From assembly GCA_016934035.1 (NCBI GenBank), contig JAFGTP010000069.1, forward strand, positions 6,073 through 70,072: a stretch of DNA of 64,000 nt, given 5' to 3'. The stretch comes from Fidelibacterota bacterium (GTDB taxonomy: Bacteria > Fidelibacterota > UBA2242 > JAFGTP01). Below, one piece after another: positions 46,394-55,507 of this stretch. The notes under the pieces are model-generated. The model searched no databases, was not told the DNA's origin, and saw only the letters and a program-made list of their open reading frames with translations. The position numbers were made by a program, and so were the translations under genes. Numbering within the stretch: position 1 is the stretch's first letter; each line of letters opens with the position of its first letter.

Positions 46394-49300
46394 ATGGCAG
46401 AATATGTTAATGTAGAAAAACCATTTTTAGATAAACTTCGCTTGTTGGGCTGGCAGGTTATCGATCAGGGCATCGGCATTCCACAGGAACCACAAAAAAG
46501 CCTGCGCGAAACTTTTAAACAAGTGGTTTTGCCCGAAGAATTTAAAAAAGCCATAAAAAAAATAAACACCACAGCCGAGGGCTCTGAATGGTTAACCGAC
46601 AGGCAGTTGGATGAACTACTGCGTGAGATTCAGAATTTCCCCGGTAAAAGCCTGCACGAAGCCAATAAAGAAATTCACCGCCTTTTGCTCAAAGGTACAT
46701 CGGTAGCCAAAAATGAACTTACAGGCGAGCAAGACCCAAGCGTGCGTTTGGTGGATTTTAAAAACTACGACAATAACTCTTTTATTGCCATAAACCAGTT
46801 TCGTTTAATCACGCCAGGAGCCAGCCGTCAGGGTATTATTCCTGATATTGTACTGTTCTTAAACGGTATGCCCATTTGTGTGGTAGAAGCCAAAGACTTT
46901 GATGTGGCAGAACCATTAAGCGAAGCATTTTTGCAGGTTACACGCTACGCCAACACTCGTGATGACGATTATGGGTATAAAGAAGGCGAAGAGCGTTTGT
47001 TTCATTACAATATGTTCAGCATCATCACCCACGGTACCGAAGCAAGGGTTGGAACCATCAGCGCCGAATTTGATTTTTACAACAACTGGGTGGACATTTT
47101 CCCCGAAGAATACAAAGTTGTGGATTTTCCGCCTGATGAAGAACGCCAGGAAGTATTGATTCATGGTATGCTGAACAAGGAAATCCTGATTGATATTCTG
47201 AAACATTTCACCCTGTTTATTGAAATCAAAAAAGGTGTGGAAGTAAAAATTGTTGCCCGTTACAATCAATACCGTGCTGTCGGCAAAATAATTAATAGTC
47301 TTCGTGCAGGTCGTACACCAATGGAAAGAGGAGGAGTGGTTTGGCATACACAGGGCAGCGGTAAAAGTCTATCCATGGTTTTTCTGATCCGAAAACTGCG
47401 TTCACTGGATGATTTGAAGGACTTAAAAATCATTTTCATTGTTGACCGAATCGATTTGGAAGACCAGCTTTCAGAAACAGCAGCCATGACCGGCGAACCT
47501 GTGAGAATCATTAGCCGAAGAAACAAACTGAACGAATTAAGCGACGACACCGGCGATGTAAATATGGTGATGATTCACAAATTTTTAGACGAGAAAAATA
47601 TTTCAGCACAATCGCTTATCGAAGCGGGCATGGTGCCAAAATTTGAAACATTTGAAACCATCAACAACAGCGATCGCATTTTATTATTGATAGATGAAGC
47701 CCACCGGACACAAGGCGGCGATATGGGTGACAATTTGTTTTCTGCTTTCCCCAATGCCACACGGATCGGTTTTACAGGAACGCCGCTTTTAACTGAACGC
47801 CACGAAATCAAAACCCATGAGCGATTTGGCGGTTTTATTGATTTCTACAAATTTGACAAAGCCGTGAAAGACCGCGCCACCGTTGAAATAAAATACATCG
47901 GAAAAGTTTCAAAAGACAAACTGGACGACAAAGATGCCTTTGATACCGAATTTGAAGATATGTTTGAAAAACAGTCTCAGGCAGAAAAAGAAGAAATTCA
48001 ACGCCGCTATGGTTCATTCATCGCTTATCTGGAATCAAAAGACCGTATTGCAAAAATTGCCAAAAACATTGTTGAGCATTATCACAAAGATATTTTGGTG
48101 AATGGTTTTAAAGCCCAGGTTGTGGCATCGAGTATTGTTGCCGCTGTACGGTATAAATATGAATTGGAAATTGCCATAAAAAATAAAATAGACGAATTAA
48201 AATCATTGCCCGAAAATGAAAAAGACAATGAACTGATCCAACAGTTGGAATTTTTGAAAGTGGCATCTATTGTGTCAAGCCTTGGCAACAACGAGCCGGG
48301 ATACATCAGCAAAGCCCGTCGTGAAGCCAAAGAAATGAATGCCATAGAGAATTTCAAAGCAGACTTTAATCCTGAAAAACCGGAAACCGGAATTGGTTTT
48401 ATCTGCGTTTGCGACCGTTTGCTTACCGGTTTTGACGCCCCGGTTGAACAGGTGATGTATTTGGATAAAAGTTTAAGAGAGCATGATTTGTTCCAGGCTA
48501 TTACGCGGGTTAACAGAACGAAACACGGTAAATCCTTTGGTTTAATTGTTGACTATTTTGGTGTAACCAAACATTTAGCAGATGCCTTAAGTATATACAC
48601 AGACAAAGACAAATTGCAATGGGAAGATTTTCAGAAAGTCTTCCGGGATGTGGATAAAGAAATTCCGATACTTGAAGCACGGTATAAACGTCTGCTCGAT
48701 TTATTTACCGGTAATAAACTCAAAGACATTGAAAAATTTCTAAAACAAAAATTCACTGACGAAATCGAAGAATTTGAGTTTGCAGAATCCTGCATTGAAA
48801 CTGCAAAGAATGTAAAATTCAGAGCAGAACTACTCACCTATACAAAAAGTTTCTTCGATAGCCTTGATTTACTTTTTAATATTCAAGCAGGAACTGAATA
48901 CTGGATTCCTGCAAAACGTTTGGGATACATTATCTGGCGAATAAAAGACCGCTACAAAGATGAAACCATGGATTTGAAATGGGCTTCTGAAAAAGTCCGA
49001 AAACTCATTGACAAACATTTGCTGTCCATAGGCATTGACACGAAAGTACAACAGGTTTCAATTCTTTCAGATGAATTTGGTAAAAAGGTGGATTACCTGA
49101 ACAAAACGCCAAAATCGAAAGCATCAGAAATGGAACATGCCATTCGCTGGCACATCAAAGTAAATCTTGAGAAAGATCCGACACTTTACAGTCATTTCAA
49201 AGACCGCCTGGAATCCATCTTAAATTCTTACAAAGAAAATTGGGAAACCATCGTTGACGAGTTGCAAAAGTTGCGCGAAGAAATGGCAGAAGGACGTAAA

Positions 49301-49606
49301 CCAACCACTCCAGGCATATCTGGAATTGAAGCACCATTTTTCGATTTGCTGAAAAGTAGCGTTAAAAGTGAGAACGAAGCAGAAATCAAGAAAACAAAAG
49401 AACTGATTCATACCTTAATGCCAATACTGCATGAAACCGCAGAAATAAGAAACTTCTGGACAAAAGCAGCGGAACGTAAAAGAGTGGAAGGATTAATTGA
49501 AGATGAAATACATTATTCAGGTGTAGAAGTGTTATCAAATAAAGCTGCTGAATTGACAACTGAACTAATGAAACTTGCCAAAAACAGAGAGTCAGACTTG
49601 AGATGA
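46394..49606 (+). CDS. hsdR: Type I restriction enzyme R subunit HsdR (nuclease + SF2 translocase)
   Basis: 1070 aa. The N-terminal PD-(D/E)xK-like region is ..PDIVLFLNGMPICVVEAK.. Walker A is HTQGSGKSLSMVF, the DEAH box is LLLIDEAHRTQ, and FTGTP and QAITRVNR motifs are present. Confidence 0.93.
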   Translation: MAEYVNVEKPFLDKLRLLGWQVIDQGIGIPQEPQKSLRETFKQVVLPEEFKKAIKKINTTAEGSEWLTDRQLDELLREIQNFPGKSLHEANKEIHRLLLKGTSVAKNELTGEQDPSVRLVDFKNYDNNSFIAINQFRLITPGASRQGIIPDIVLFLNGMPICVVEAKDFDVAEPLSEAFLQVTRYANTRDDDYGYKEGEERLFHYNMFSIITHGTEARVGTISAEFDFYNNWVDIFPEEYKVVDFPPDEERQEVLIHGMLNKEILIDILKHFTLFIEIKKGVEVKIVARYNQYRAVGKIINSLRAGRTPMERGGVVWHTQGSGKSLSMVFLIRKLRSLDDLKDLKIIFIVDRIDLEDQLSETAAMTGEPVRIISRRNKLNELSDDTGDVNMVMIHKFLDEKNISAQSLIEAGMVPKFETFETINNSDRILLLIDEAHRTQGGDMGDNLFSAFPNATRIGFTGTPLLTERHEIKTHERFGGFIDFYKFDKAVKDRATVEIKYIGKVSKDKLDDKDAFDTEFEDMFEKQSQAEKEEIQRRYGSFIAYLESKDRIAKIAKNIVEHYHKDILVNGFKAQVVASSIVAAVRYKYELEIAIKNKIDELKSLPENEKDNELIQQLEFLKVASIVSSLGNNEPGYISKARREAKEMNAIENFKADFNPEKPETGIGFICVCDRLLTGFDAPVEQVMYLDKSLREHDLFQAITRVNRTKHGKSFGLIVDYFGVTKHLADALSIYTDKDKLQWEDFQKVFRDVDKEIPILEARYKRLLDLFTGNKLKDIEKFLKQKFTDEIEEFEFAESCIETAKNVKFRAELLTYTKSFFDSLDLLFNIQAGTEYWIPAKRLGYIIWRIKDRYKDETMDLKWASEKVRKLIDKHLLSIGIDTKVQQVSILSDEFGKKVDYLNKTPKSKASEMEHAIRWHIKVNLEKDPTLYSHFKDRLESILNSYKENWETIVDELQKLREEMAEGRKPTTPGISGIEAPFFDLLKSSVKSENEAEIKKTKELIHTLMPILHETAEIRNFWTKAAERKRVEGLIEDEIHYSGVEVLSNKAAELTTELMKLAKNRESDLR

Positions 49607-50286
49607 AATTAGAAGGAATTAACATAAAAGTTGAGAAAACAGACCGCCGCAAAACGGTAAGTATTTTTATAGAACGGGATGGCTCTGTTCGGGTTTTGGC
49701 ACCTTCAACTACCAGTGATGAGAAAATTGAAGAAGCGGTAAAAGCCAGGCAATATCAAATATTTTCAAAACTCGCCAAATGGCAGGAACTCAATGAGGGT
49801 AGAGTCAACCGTAAATTTGTAAACGGTCAATCGTTTTTATACTTCGGTAGAAATTACAGACTTTCAATTGTAGAAAAACAAGATGTTCCATTAAAACTAA
49901 TAAAAGGCTACTTAATACTTGATAAAAACAAACTTGATAAAGCAGACGAAGTATTCAGGCAATTTTATAAGGAGAAAGGAAAAAAGAAAATTGAAGAACG
50001 GTTGAAATTAATTGCAGAGAAATTTGAACAAAAACCGACTTCAATTAAAGTTATGGAATTGCAAAATCGTTGGGCATCCTGGTCACCAAAACATGGGCTG
50101 AATTTTCACTGGAAATGTGCTATGGCACCTGTTCCGGTAATTGACTATATCATAACCCATGAAATGGTGCATTTAAAATATCCAAATCATTCTCCGGAAT
50201 TCTGGAACGAACTGGATAAAAAAATGCCTGACTATAAAGAATATGAAAACTGGTTAAAACAAAATGGTGTTAAAATGTCAATATAG
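49603..50286 (+). CDS. DUF45 / YgjP-like (M48-related) zinc metallohydrolase
   Basis: 227 aa. It has the HExxH motif in ITHEMVHLKYPNHSPEFW. The ATGA start/stop overlaps hsdR (49603-49606). Confidence 0.8.
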   Translation: MKLEGINIKVEKTDRRKTVSIFIERDGSVRVLAPSTTSDEKIEEAVKARQYQIFSKLAKWQELNEGRVNRKFVNGQSFLYFGRNYRLSIVEKQDVPLKLIKGYLILDKNKLDKADEVFRQFYKEKGKKKIEERLKLIAEKFEQKPTSIKVMELQNRWASWSPKHGLNFHWKCAMAPVPVIDYIITHEMVHLKYPNHSPEFWNELDKKMPDYKEYENWLKQNGVKMSI

Positions 50287-50596
50287 CCAGCCCAATTGTA
50301 GGCACATTTGCAATTCGCATGAGCCTCCGCTCAATCCTAAAATTGTAAAAGAGCCTCCAATGCCAACGCACGGCAGACAGAAACGAAGTAGCAAATTGAA
50401 AGGAAAATGACTGGAAAGTGCTTCGAAATGCCAAACGTTTCATATACGTGGCCGTTATCTACAATATCATCGCAAGAGAAAATCGCCCGGACCTCCGGCC
50501 AAGGGGCGAGAAAATTGAGTATAAAGTCATCATTTACATTGTTACTGAATATTAAATGCATAATTTTCCTTTTTAGGTAGATATAAGGTTTTTTAA

Positions 50597-50944
50597 ATGT
50601 TAATTGGAAAAATCGAAACAATGGGTTGCTGCGGTGCATACTGTGGAAAGTGCAAAGAGTTAGAAAAAAAATTATGTACCGGTTGTAAAATTGGATATCA
50701 AGATAAGAAAAGAGATATCAAAAAAGTAAAATGCAAAATTAAAAAATGTTGCATTTTGAAAAAGTTAGATTCATGTGCAGATTGCTATGAATATGACAAT
50801 TACGTAATAATAAATGAATTTTACAGTAAAAATGGCTATAAATATAAAAAATACAAAGAAGCATTGGATTTTATAAAAAAGAATGGCTATCAAACATTCT
50901 TTAAAATAACTGAAAAATGGAATATGCAATATGGAAAGTATTAA
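50597..50944 (+). CDS. Cys-rich DUF3795-like protein
   Basis: 115 aa (107 aa if translation starts at ATG 50621, MGCCGAYCGKC..). The pattern CCGAYCGKC...CTGC...KC.IKKCC...CADC is typical of DUF3795. Confidence 0.6.
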   Translation: MLIGKIETMGCCGAYCGKCKELEKKLCTGCKIGYQDKKRDIKKVKCKIKKCCILKKLDSCADCYEYDNYVIINEFYSKNGYKYKKYKEALDFIKKNGYQTFFKITEKWNMQYGKY

Positions 50945-50954
50945 GGAAAAGAAA

Positions 50955-51725
50955 ATGAAAGTAACTGCGTTTGTTGGAAGTGCTAGAAAGAAACATACTT
51001 ACAATACATGTGAAATGCTATTAGAAAAATTAAAATCCTTTGGGAATATAGAAACAGAAATTGTTTGTCTGCAAAATTTCAATTTGCAAGTTTGTAAAGG
51101 ATGCATAGCTTGTCTTGACAGAGGAGAAGAATATTGTCCCTTAACAGATGATAGAGATCTTTTAATAAATAAAATGAAAGAATCGGATGGGGTAATATTT
51201 GCCACGCCAAATTATAGTTTTAATGTATCAGCCTTAATGAAAATATTTCTTGATCGACTTGCATATTTTGGTCACAGGCCAGCATTTTTCGGAAAGACTT
51301 TTACCAGTATAGTTGTGCAAGGAATATTTGGCGGAGAGAAAATTGTTAAATATTTGGATTTTCTAGGAAATGCTATTGGATATAATGTAGTGAAAGGATC
51401 TCTTATAAAATCACTTGAACCTATGACAGAAAAGAATCAAAAGAAGAATGAAATAGCGATAGAGAAACAAGCTAAGAAGTTTTATAAACAATTGATTAAA
51501 AAAGGATTTAAAAACCCTTCTTTGCTTGAATTATTTATATTTAGAATGTCTAGAAGCAGTATAAAAACAATGTTAAATGAAAATTATAGAGATTATGAAT
51601 ATTTCAAGAAAAATGGATGGTTTGATTCAGATTTCTATTATCCAATAAAAATAAATATATTAGAAAAGATGTTTGGAGATATTTTTGATAAAATATCTGT
51701 GAAAGCTGCTAAAAACCGTAAATGA
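50955..51725 (+). CDS. Flavodoxin-like fold NAD(P)H-dependent FMN reductase / iron-sulfur flavoprotein-like protein
   Basis: The start MKVTAFVGSARKKHTYN.. is preceded by AGGA. The track ORF begins at 50931, overlapping the upstream gene. It has CKGCIACL...EYCP Cys motifs and ..SDGVIFATPNYSFNVSALMKIFLDRL.. Confidence 0.65.
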   Translation: MKVTAFVGSARKKHTYNTCEMLLEKLKSFGNIETEIVCLQNFNLQVCKGCIACLDRGEEYCPLTDDRDLLINKMKESDGVIFATPNYSFNVSALMKIFLDRLAYFGHRPAFFGKTFTSIVVQGIFGGEKIVKYLDFLGNAIGYNVVKGSLIKSLEPMTEKNQKKNEIAIEKQAKKFYKQLIKKGFKNPSLLELFIFRMSRSSIKTMLNENYRDYEYFKKNGWFDSDFYYPIKINILEKMFGDIFDKISVKAAKNRK

Positions 51726-51836
51726 TTTGTATCAATAAGAAATGATTTTAGTCCGGCCTTGGCGTTGCCGTGCGGCATGGACAAGAAGCGATGATACTGG
51801 TGGATAACAGAGGATAAAGGAGTGTGTGCTAAATTT

Positions 51837-51846
51837 GGGGGGGGGG
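51837..51846. repeat. G10 homopolymer tract in an intergenic region
   Basis: Ten consecutive G (51837-51846), immediately preceded by TAAATTTG. The tract lies 138 nt upstream of the nucleoside-hydrolase-like gene ATG. Confidence 0.9.
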
Positions 51847-51984
51847 TAAATGGTTTACCAAGTGCATCACTCGCTGGCAAGATTCCTATTGGTTGATAGG
51901 TTCGCAGCTTCGAAAACCCCAACTTTTCATACCGCCAATCGTTAGTAAGCATTTAAAAAAAAATGAATTATCAAGGATTACATC

Positions 51985-52968
51985 ATGAAAAAAAAATTAA
52001 CAGTGCTTTTAACATTTTGTTTAAGTGTAAACATGTTTTCTCAACCGAAATTAATTTTTGATACTGATTTTGGCGGAGATGCTGATGATTTGGGCGCCTT
52101 AGCAATGTTGCATCATTTTATCGACAGAAAAGAGTGCGAATTGCTGGCAATTATGTCCTGGTCAACGGAAAAGTATACGGTTTCAGCAATTGATGCGGTA
52201 AATAGATTTTATAAGCATCCTGATATTCCTATTGGTGCAAGAAAGGGAGATGTTGATTACAGAGACTGGAACTATAATAAACCCATTACAGATTATCTTC
52301 CTTTTGAATTAACCTACAATGATGGTCCTGATGCAACCTGTTTATATCGAAAGATTTTGTCCGAAAACGCTGATGCCAGTATTATAATTGTTACAGTCGG
52401 GCCATTGGCAAATATAAAAAATCTCATCGAGTCACAGCCAGATTCTTTATCTGAGTACAATGGAAAAGAACTGATAGAGAAAAAAGTGAAGAAATTTGTC
52501 ATAATGGGAGGACAATTCCCGGAAGGAATGAAAGAATGGAATTTTGATGGTAATATGCAGGGGGTAACAAAATTTGTGATTCAAAATATCAATGTGCCCA
52601 TAATTTTTACCGGATATGAAGTGGGAGTGGATATAAAAACGGGTCAATCCCTCAATAGATTAGATAAAAAATCGCCCTTGTATATTGGATTCATGTATTT
52701 TAGTCAAAATGCACCCTGGATGAAAGCAGACTTCAAAGGGAATATACTGAATAATTCATCCTATGACCAGACCGCGGTTCTTTATGCGGTGAGAAATGGT
52801 GACGGTGTCTACTGGGATAGGATCGGCGGGGGGAAATGTATTCCTGATGATTTTGGTGGTAATAAATGGGTGAAAAGTGAGAACTCAAATCATTTCTACT
52901 TAAAATTGAAAATGGATAATAAAAAAGCTGGCAGACTGATAGAATCATTAATGCTCGGTGAATTTTAG
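51985..52968 (+). CDS. Secreted inosine/uridine-preferring nucleoside hydrolase-like protein
   Basis: 327 aa with a signal peptide. The N-terminal aspartate cluster FDTDFGGDADDLGALAML matches the DxDxxxDD nucleoside-hydrolase fingerprint. Confidence 0.65.
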   Translation: MKKKLTVLLTFCLSVNMFSQPKLIFDTDFGGDADDLGALAMLHHFIDRKECELLAIMSWSTEKYTVSAIDAVNRFYKHPDIPIGARKGDVDYRDWNYNKPITDYLPFELTYNDGPDATCLYRKILSENADASIIIVTVGPLANIKNLIESQPDSLSEYNGKELIEKKVKKFVIMGGQFPEGMKEWNFDGNMQGVTKFVIQNINVPIIFTGYEVGVDIKTGQSLNRLDKKSPLYIGFMYFSQNAPWMKADFKGNILNNSSYDQTAVLYAVRNGDGVYWDRIGGGKCIPDDFGGNKWVKSENSNHFYLKLKMDNKKAGRLIESLMLGEF

Positions 52969-53075
52969 ATAAAAAACCTTTGCTGATAATCCATATCGCA
53001 ACCAGGTGTGACATTAGTAAATTCAAGGGTTGTAGTCCGCTTCGGTTGGGGAAGGTTGATAAAATCAGTGCCGGT

Positions 53076-55256
53076 TTATTCCACAAACAAATGTCTGAAA
53101 ATGATCGGCTTCTGATTAATAAATGAAATCTTCACAAAATAGATACCCGCCGGAAAATCCTGAATGGAAATTCTGCCGGCCTGCTGCAAGCCGGTGGATG
53201 CAGTGTAAACCATCCGGCCCTGTAAATTGTAGATTTTTATCTCTCTCATCTGGTGATCGGCTTCAATATTAAGAAAGAACCTGGCAGGATTCGGGAAGGC
53301 GCTGAATTTTATAGTCCGCGACACCATTGGATTATCGGGGTTGCTGTCCGTAGCGACATGACTTCGTAATTGAGGAATATATTCATCCAGCCAATGGATC
53401 CTGGTCTCGATCCAGGTTTTGAGTTTATTAATTTCCTGTTCATAGGTATATGAAGGCGGATCGGTTTCCGGGGTCATATAACCCTGGTCAATGGGCCAGA
53501 GTTCAAAATGTCGCTCTTTCACGTCATCCACCAGGGCCACAACAGAATCAATATAAGAATTGATATTGTCCGGATCCAAAAAGCCTTCCCGCAATTCAAA
53601 ATATCGATTGATCAATTGGTCAGTAAATTCCTCATCCTGAAGCAGGCGATTGTACCAGTATGGCGGACTGGGCCAGCAGGGATAATGACTATAAGACCAG
53701 CCGGAACCATCCTTTATCGCAAAAATTCCCTCGCTAATGTTTTTCCATGCCCAGTCAAAATCCCAGACCGGGCCGGCATGTAACAATCCGCCTTTGCTAT
53801 CTTTGTCCTTGTAAAAAAACCGGCTTTTTTTGTAGCCATCGACATTTCTGGATACTTCGCTGACCAGGAAATAATCGATGAAACTGTTGACATCCAGATA
53901 TTTGCGGTAACCATTTTCCGGATCTGCGAAATCCTCACTTCGCAGGGATCCTTCAAGATTATTGATGAAATTTTGTATATAGTCTTTCTGTTCATCAGCC
54001 AGTTCATCGGGTTTTGGGTCGTGGTAAACGAAATAAACCTTGTTCTCCGGATGATCAATGGCTGTGTAGTCTGATAAAAAACTATCGTCGTCAGAATAAT
54101 AATCGATTTTGATGATATAGCCGCCGGTGAGGTCATCTCCGGAAATCTCATCGGGCTCCAGTTTTGAAACGTCCACCCTGTTTTTGTCCCGTTTGATTTT
54201 TTCTGTGAACAGGTAAATTCCCCGGTAAGTATTATTGACAAACACTTCACACAATTTGGATCGGGGAGCATAATGCCCCATGGATCGAAACATCTCAAAA
54301 GCCAGAGAGTTCCTGACAAAGGCCTTATCATTGTAATTGGGAATCAGGATCCAGTCATTCTCTTTTGCGAATCCCAGTAGTGAAATATTGAGATTTTCGC
54401 CCGCTTCATCCCTGGTTTCTATACCATAGGGTTTTTGTGGAAAAGTGGCAGAATAAGAGCCTCTGATTTCAATACCGATATTTCCATCATAATGTTTGAT
54501 TGAATCAGATGGATGATTCAATTCTCCTTCGCCATGATAGGTGATTTTTAAATTGGCATCAATCTTGGCTTCATCGGGAATGTATTCGCCATCAGTATCG
54601 ATCATGAAAATCGGCAATGGCGATGCCGCGAAATCTTCAAATTGAACATCTGTGCCCACAAGTTCCGGCAGTATTAAAAAGTCTGAACTGGAAGTCCCCA
54701 TATTCACGCCATGAATGGCCAGCAGGTTTTCACCGGGAACCAGATACCGTATATAATTGGAAATATCTATGGTAACTTCTGAAGTGGCCTCATTATTACT
54801 GGGTGCGCTGTAATTCCAGGCTGCAAACCGGGAGGCATTCATGATGGTGCATTCATGGCCATTGATATAAGCAATAAACCCGTCGTCATATCTTATTTTT
54901 AATTGCAGGACCAGAATTTTTTCCAGGGTTTGAGCACTCAGATTGAAGGGAATTCGAATATAACACCCGGTATTGGCATTACCGCCGTCATCGTGCATTT
55001 CATCACCCACATCCAGACTGATAAACTGCTCGTATCCGGTGCCTTTTTCATAGCCGATTCCGCCCGGAAGTCCTTCACAAATTTTCCAGTCGGAATCATC
55101 ATAATCCAGCTTCGACCGCCATGCTGTGCCACTGTCTTCATGGGGGACAAATGCTTTTTTGGTGGCTTGCTTTTCCACTAAAGTGATGGTAGTTCCTGCC
55201 ATTAATGGGAGTATTAAAATTAAGATAGTGACAAGTATAGCAATGGATTTTTGCAT
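53076..55256 (-). CDS. CotH-family (atypical kinase fold) secreted protein with T9SS C-terminal sorting domain
   Basis: 726 aa with a signal peptide. The central ..IEIRGSYSATFPQKPYGIE...NDKAFVRNSLAFEMFRSMGHYAPRSKLCEVFVNNTYRGIYLFTEKIKRD.. resembles CotH. The C-terminus is FSAFPNPARFFLNIE...AGIYFVKISF. Confidence 0.65.
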   Translation of the reverse strand: MQKSIAILVTILILILPLMAGTTITLVEKQATKKAFVPHEDSGTAWRSKLDYDDSDWKICEGLPGGIGYEKGTGYEQFISLDVGDEMHDDGGNANTGCYIRIPFNLSAQTLEKILVLQLKIRYDDGFIAYINGHECTIMNASRFAAWNYSAPSNNEATSEVTIDISNYIRYLVPGENLLAIHGVNMGTSSSDFLILPELVGTDVQFEDFAASPLPIFMIDTDGEYIPDEAKIDANLKITYHGEGELNHPSDSIKHYDGNIGIEIRGSYSATFPQKPYGIETRDEAGENLNISLLGFAKENDWILIPNYNDKAFVRNSLAFEMFRSMGHYAPRSKLCEVFVNNTYRGIYLFTEKIKRDKNRVDVSKLEPDEISGDDLTGGYIIKIDYYSDDDSFLSDYTAIDHPENKVYFVYHDPKPDELADEQKDYIQNFINNLEGSLRSEDFADPENGYRKYLDVNSFIDYFLVSEVSRNVDGYKKSRFFYKDKDSKGGLLHAGPVWDFDWAWKNISEGIFAIKDGSGWSYSHYPCWPSPPYWYNRLLQDEEFTDQLINRYFELREGFLDPDNINSYIDSVVALVDDVKERHFELWPIDQGYMTPETDPPSYTYEQEINKLKTWIETRIHWLDEYIPQLRSHVATDSNPDNPMVSRTIKFSAFPNPARFFLNIEADHQMREIKIYNLQGRMVYTASTGLQQAGRISIQDFPAGIYFVKISFINQKPIIFRHLFVE

Positions 55257-55507
55257 AATGGTCCTTAATAATGCCGATAATATATGAAAAAAAATATTTA
55301 ATCCTGTTTAATTTTTAAAATATTTATAAAATTGTCCGGCAAAACAATCTGCTGATTTTTCTGACTATCTCTAGACATTAATTTTGAAAATCAGTATCAA
55401 TAACCGTGGTCTTTTTAAATGCACCGGGCAATTTTTTTCTTGAATCCTGTCGTTTCATTAAATAACTTGGATTGTTAATGGCAAATAATAATCGGAAGAG
55501 AATTATA

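Noticed and set aside
50337-50639. 100-aa minus-strand ORF, plus an overlapping 49-aa plus-strand ORF at 50407-50556, in the spacer after the DUF45 gene.
   Set aside because: The two overlap each other on opposite strands, and the minus ORF overlaps the DUF3795 start. Neither has a recognisable motif. This may be a gene remnant, but I cannot decide strand or function from sequence alone.
51638-51952. 104-aa minus-strand ORF crossing the C10/G10 tract, considered as a possible phase-variable coding sequence.
   Set aside because: It has no RBS and no motifs. Its 3' third is antisense to the flavoprotein gene. The homopolymer is more plausibly intergenic.
50287-51984. The idea that the DUF3795 and flavoprotein genes form integron-type cassettes, flanked by attC-like sites in the spacers 50287-50596 and 51726-51984.
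   Set aside because: The only element shared between the two spacers is a 9-mer (cgcacggca) in inverted orientation, which is within chance expectation for 64 kb. There is no RYYYAAC/GTTRRRY-type paired core structure and no integrase gene in the window.
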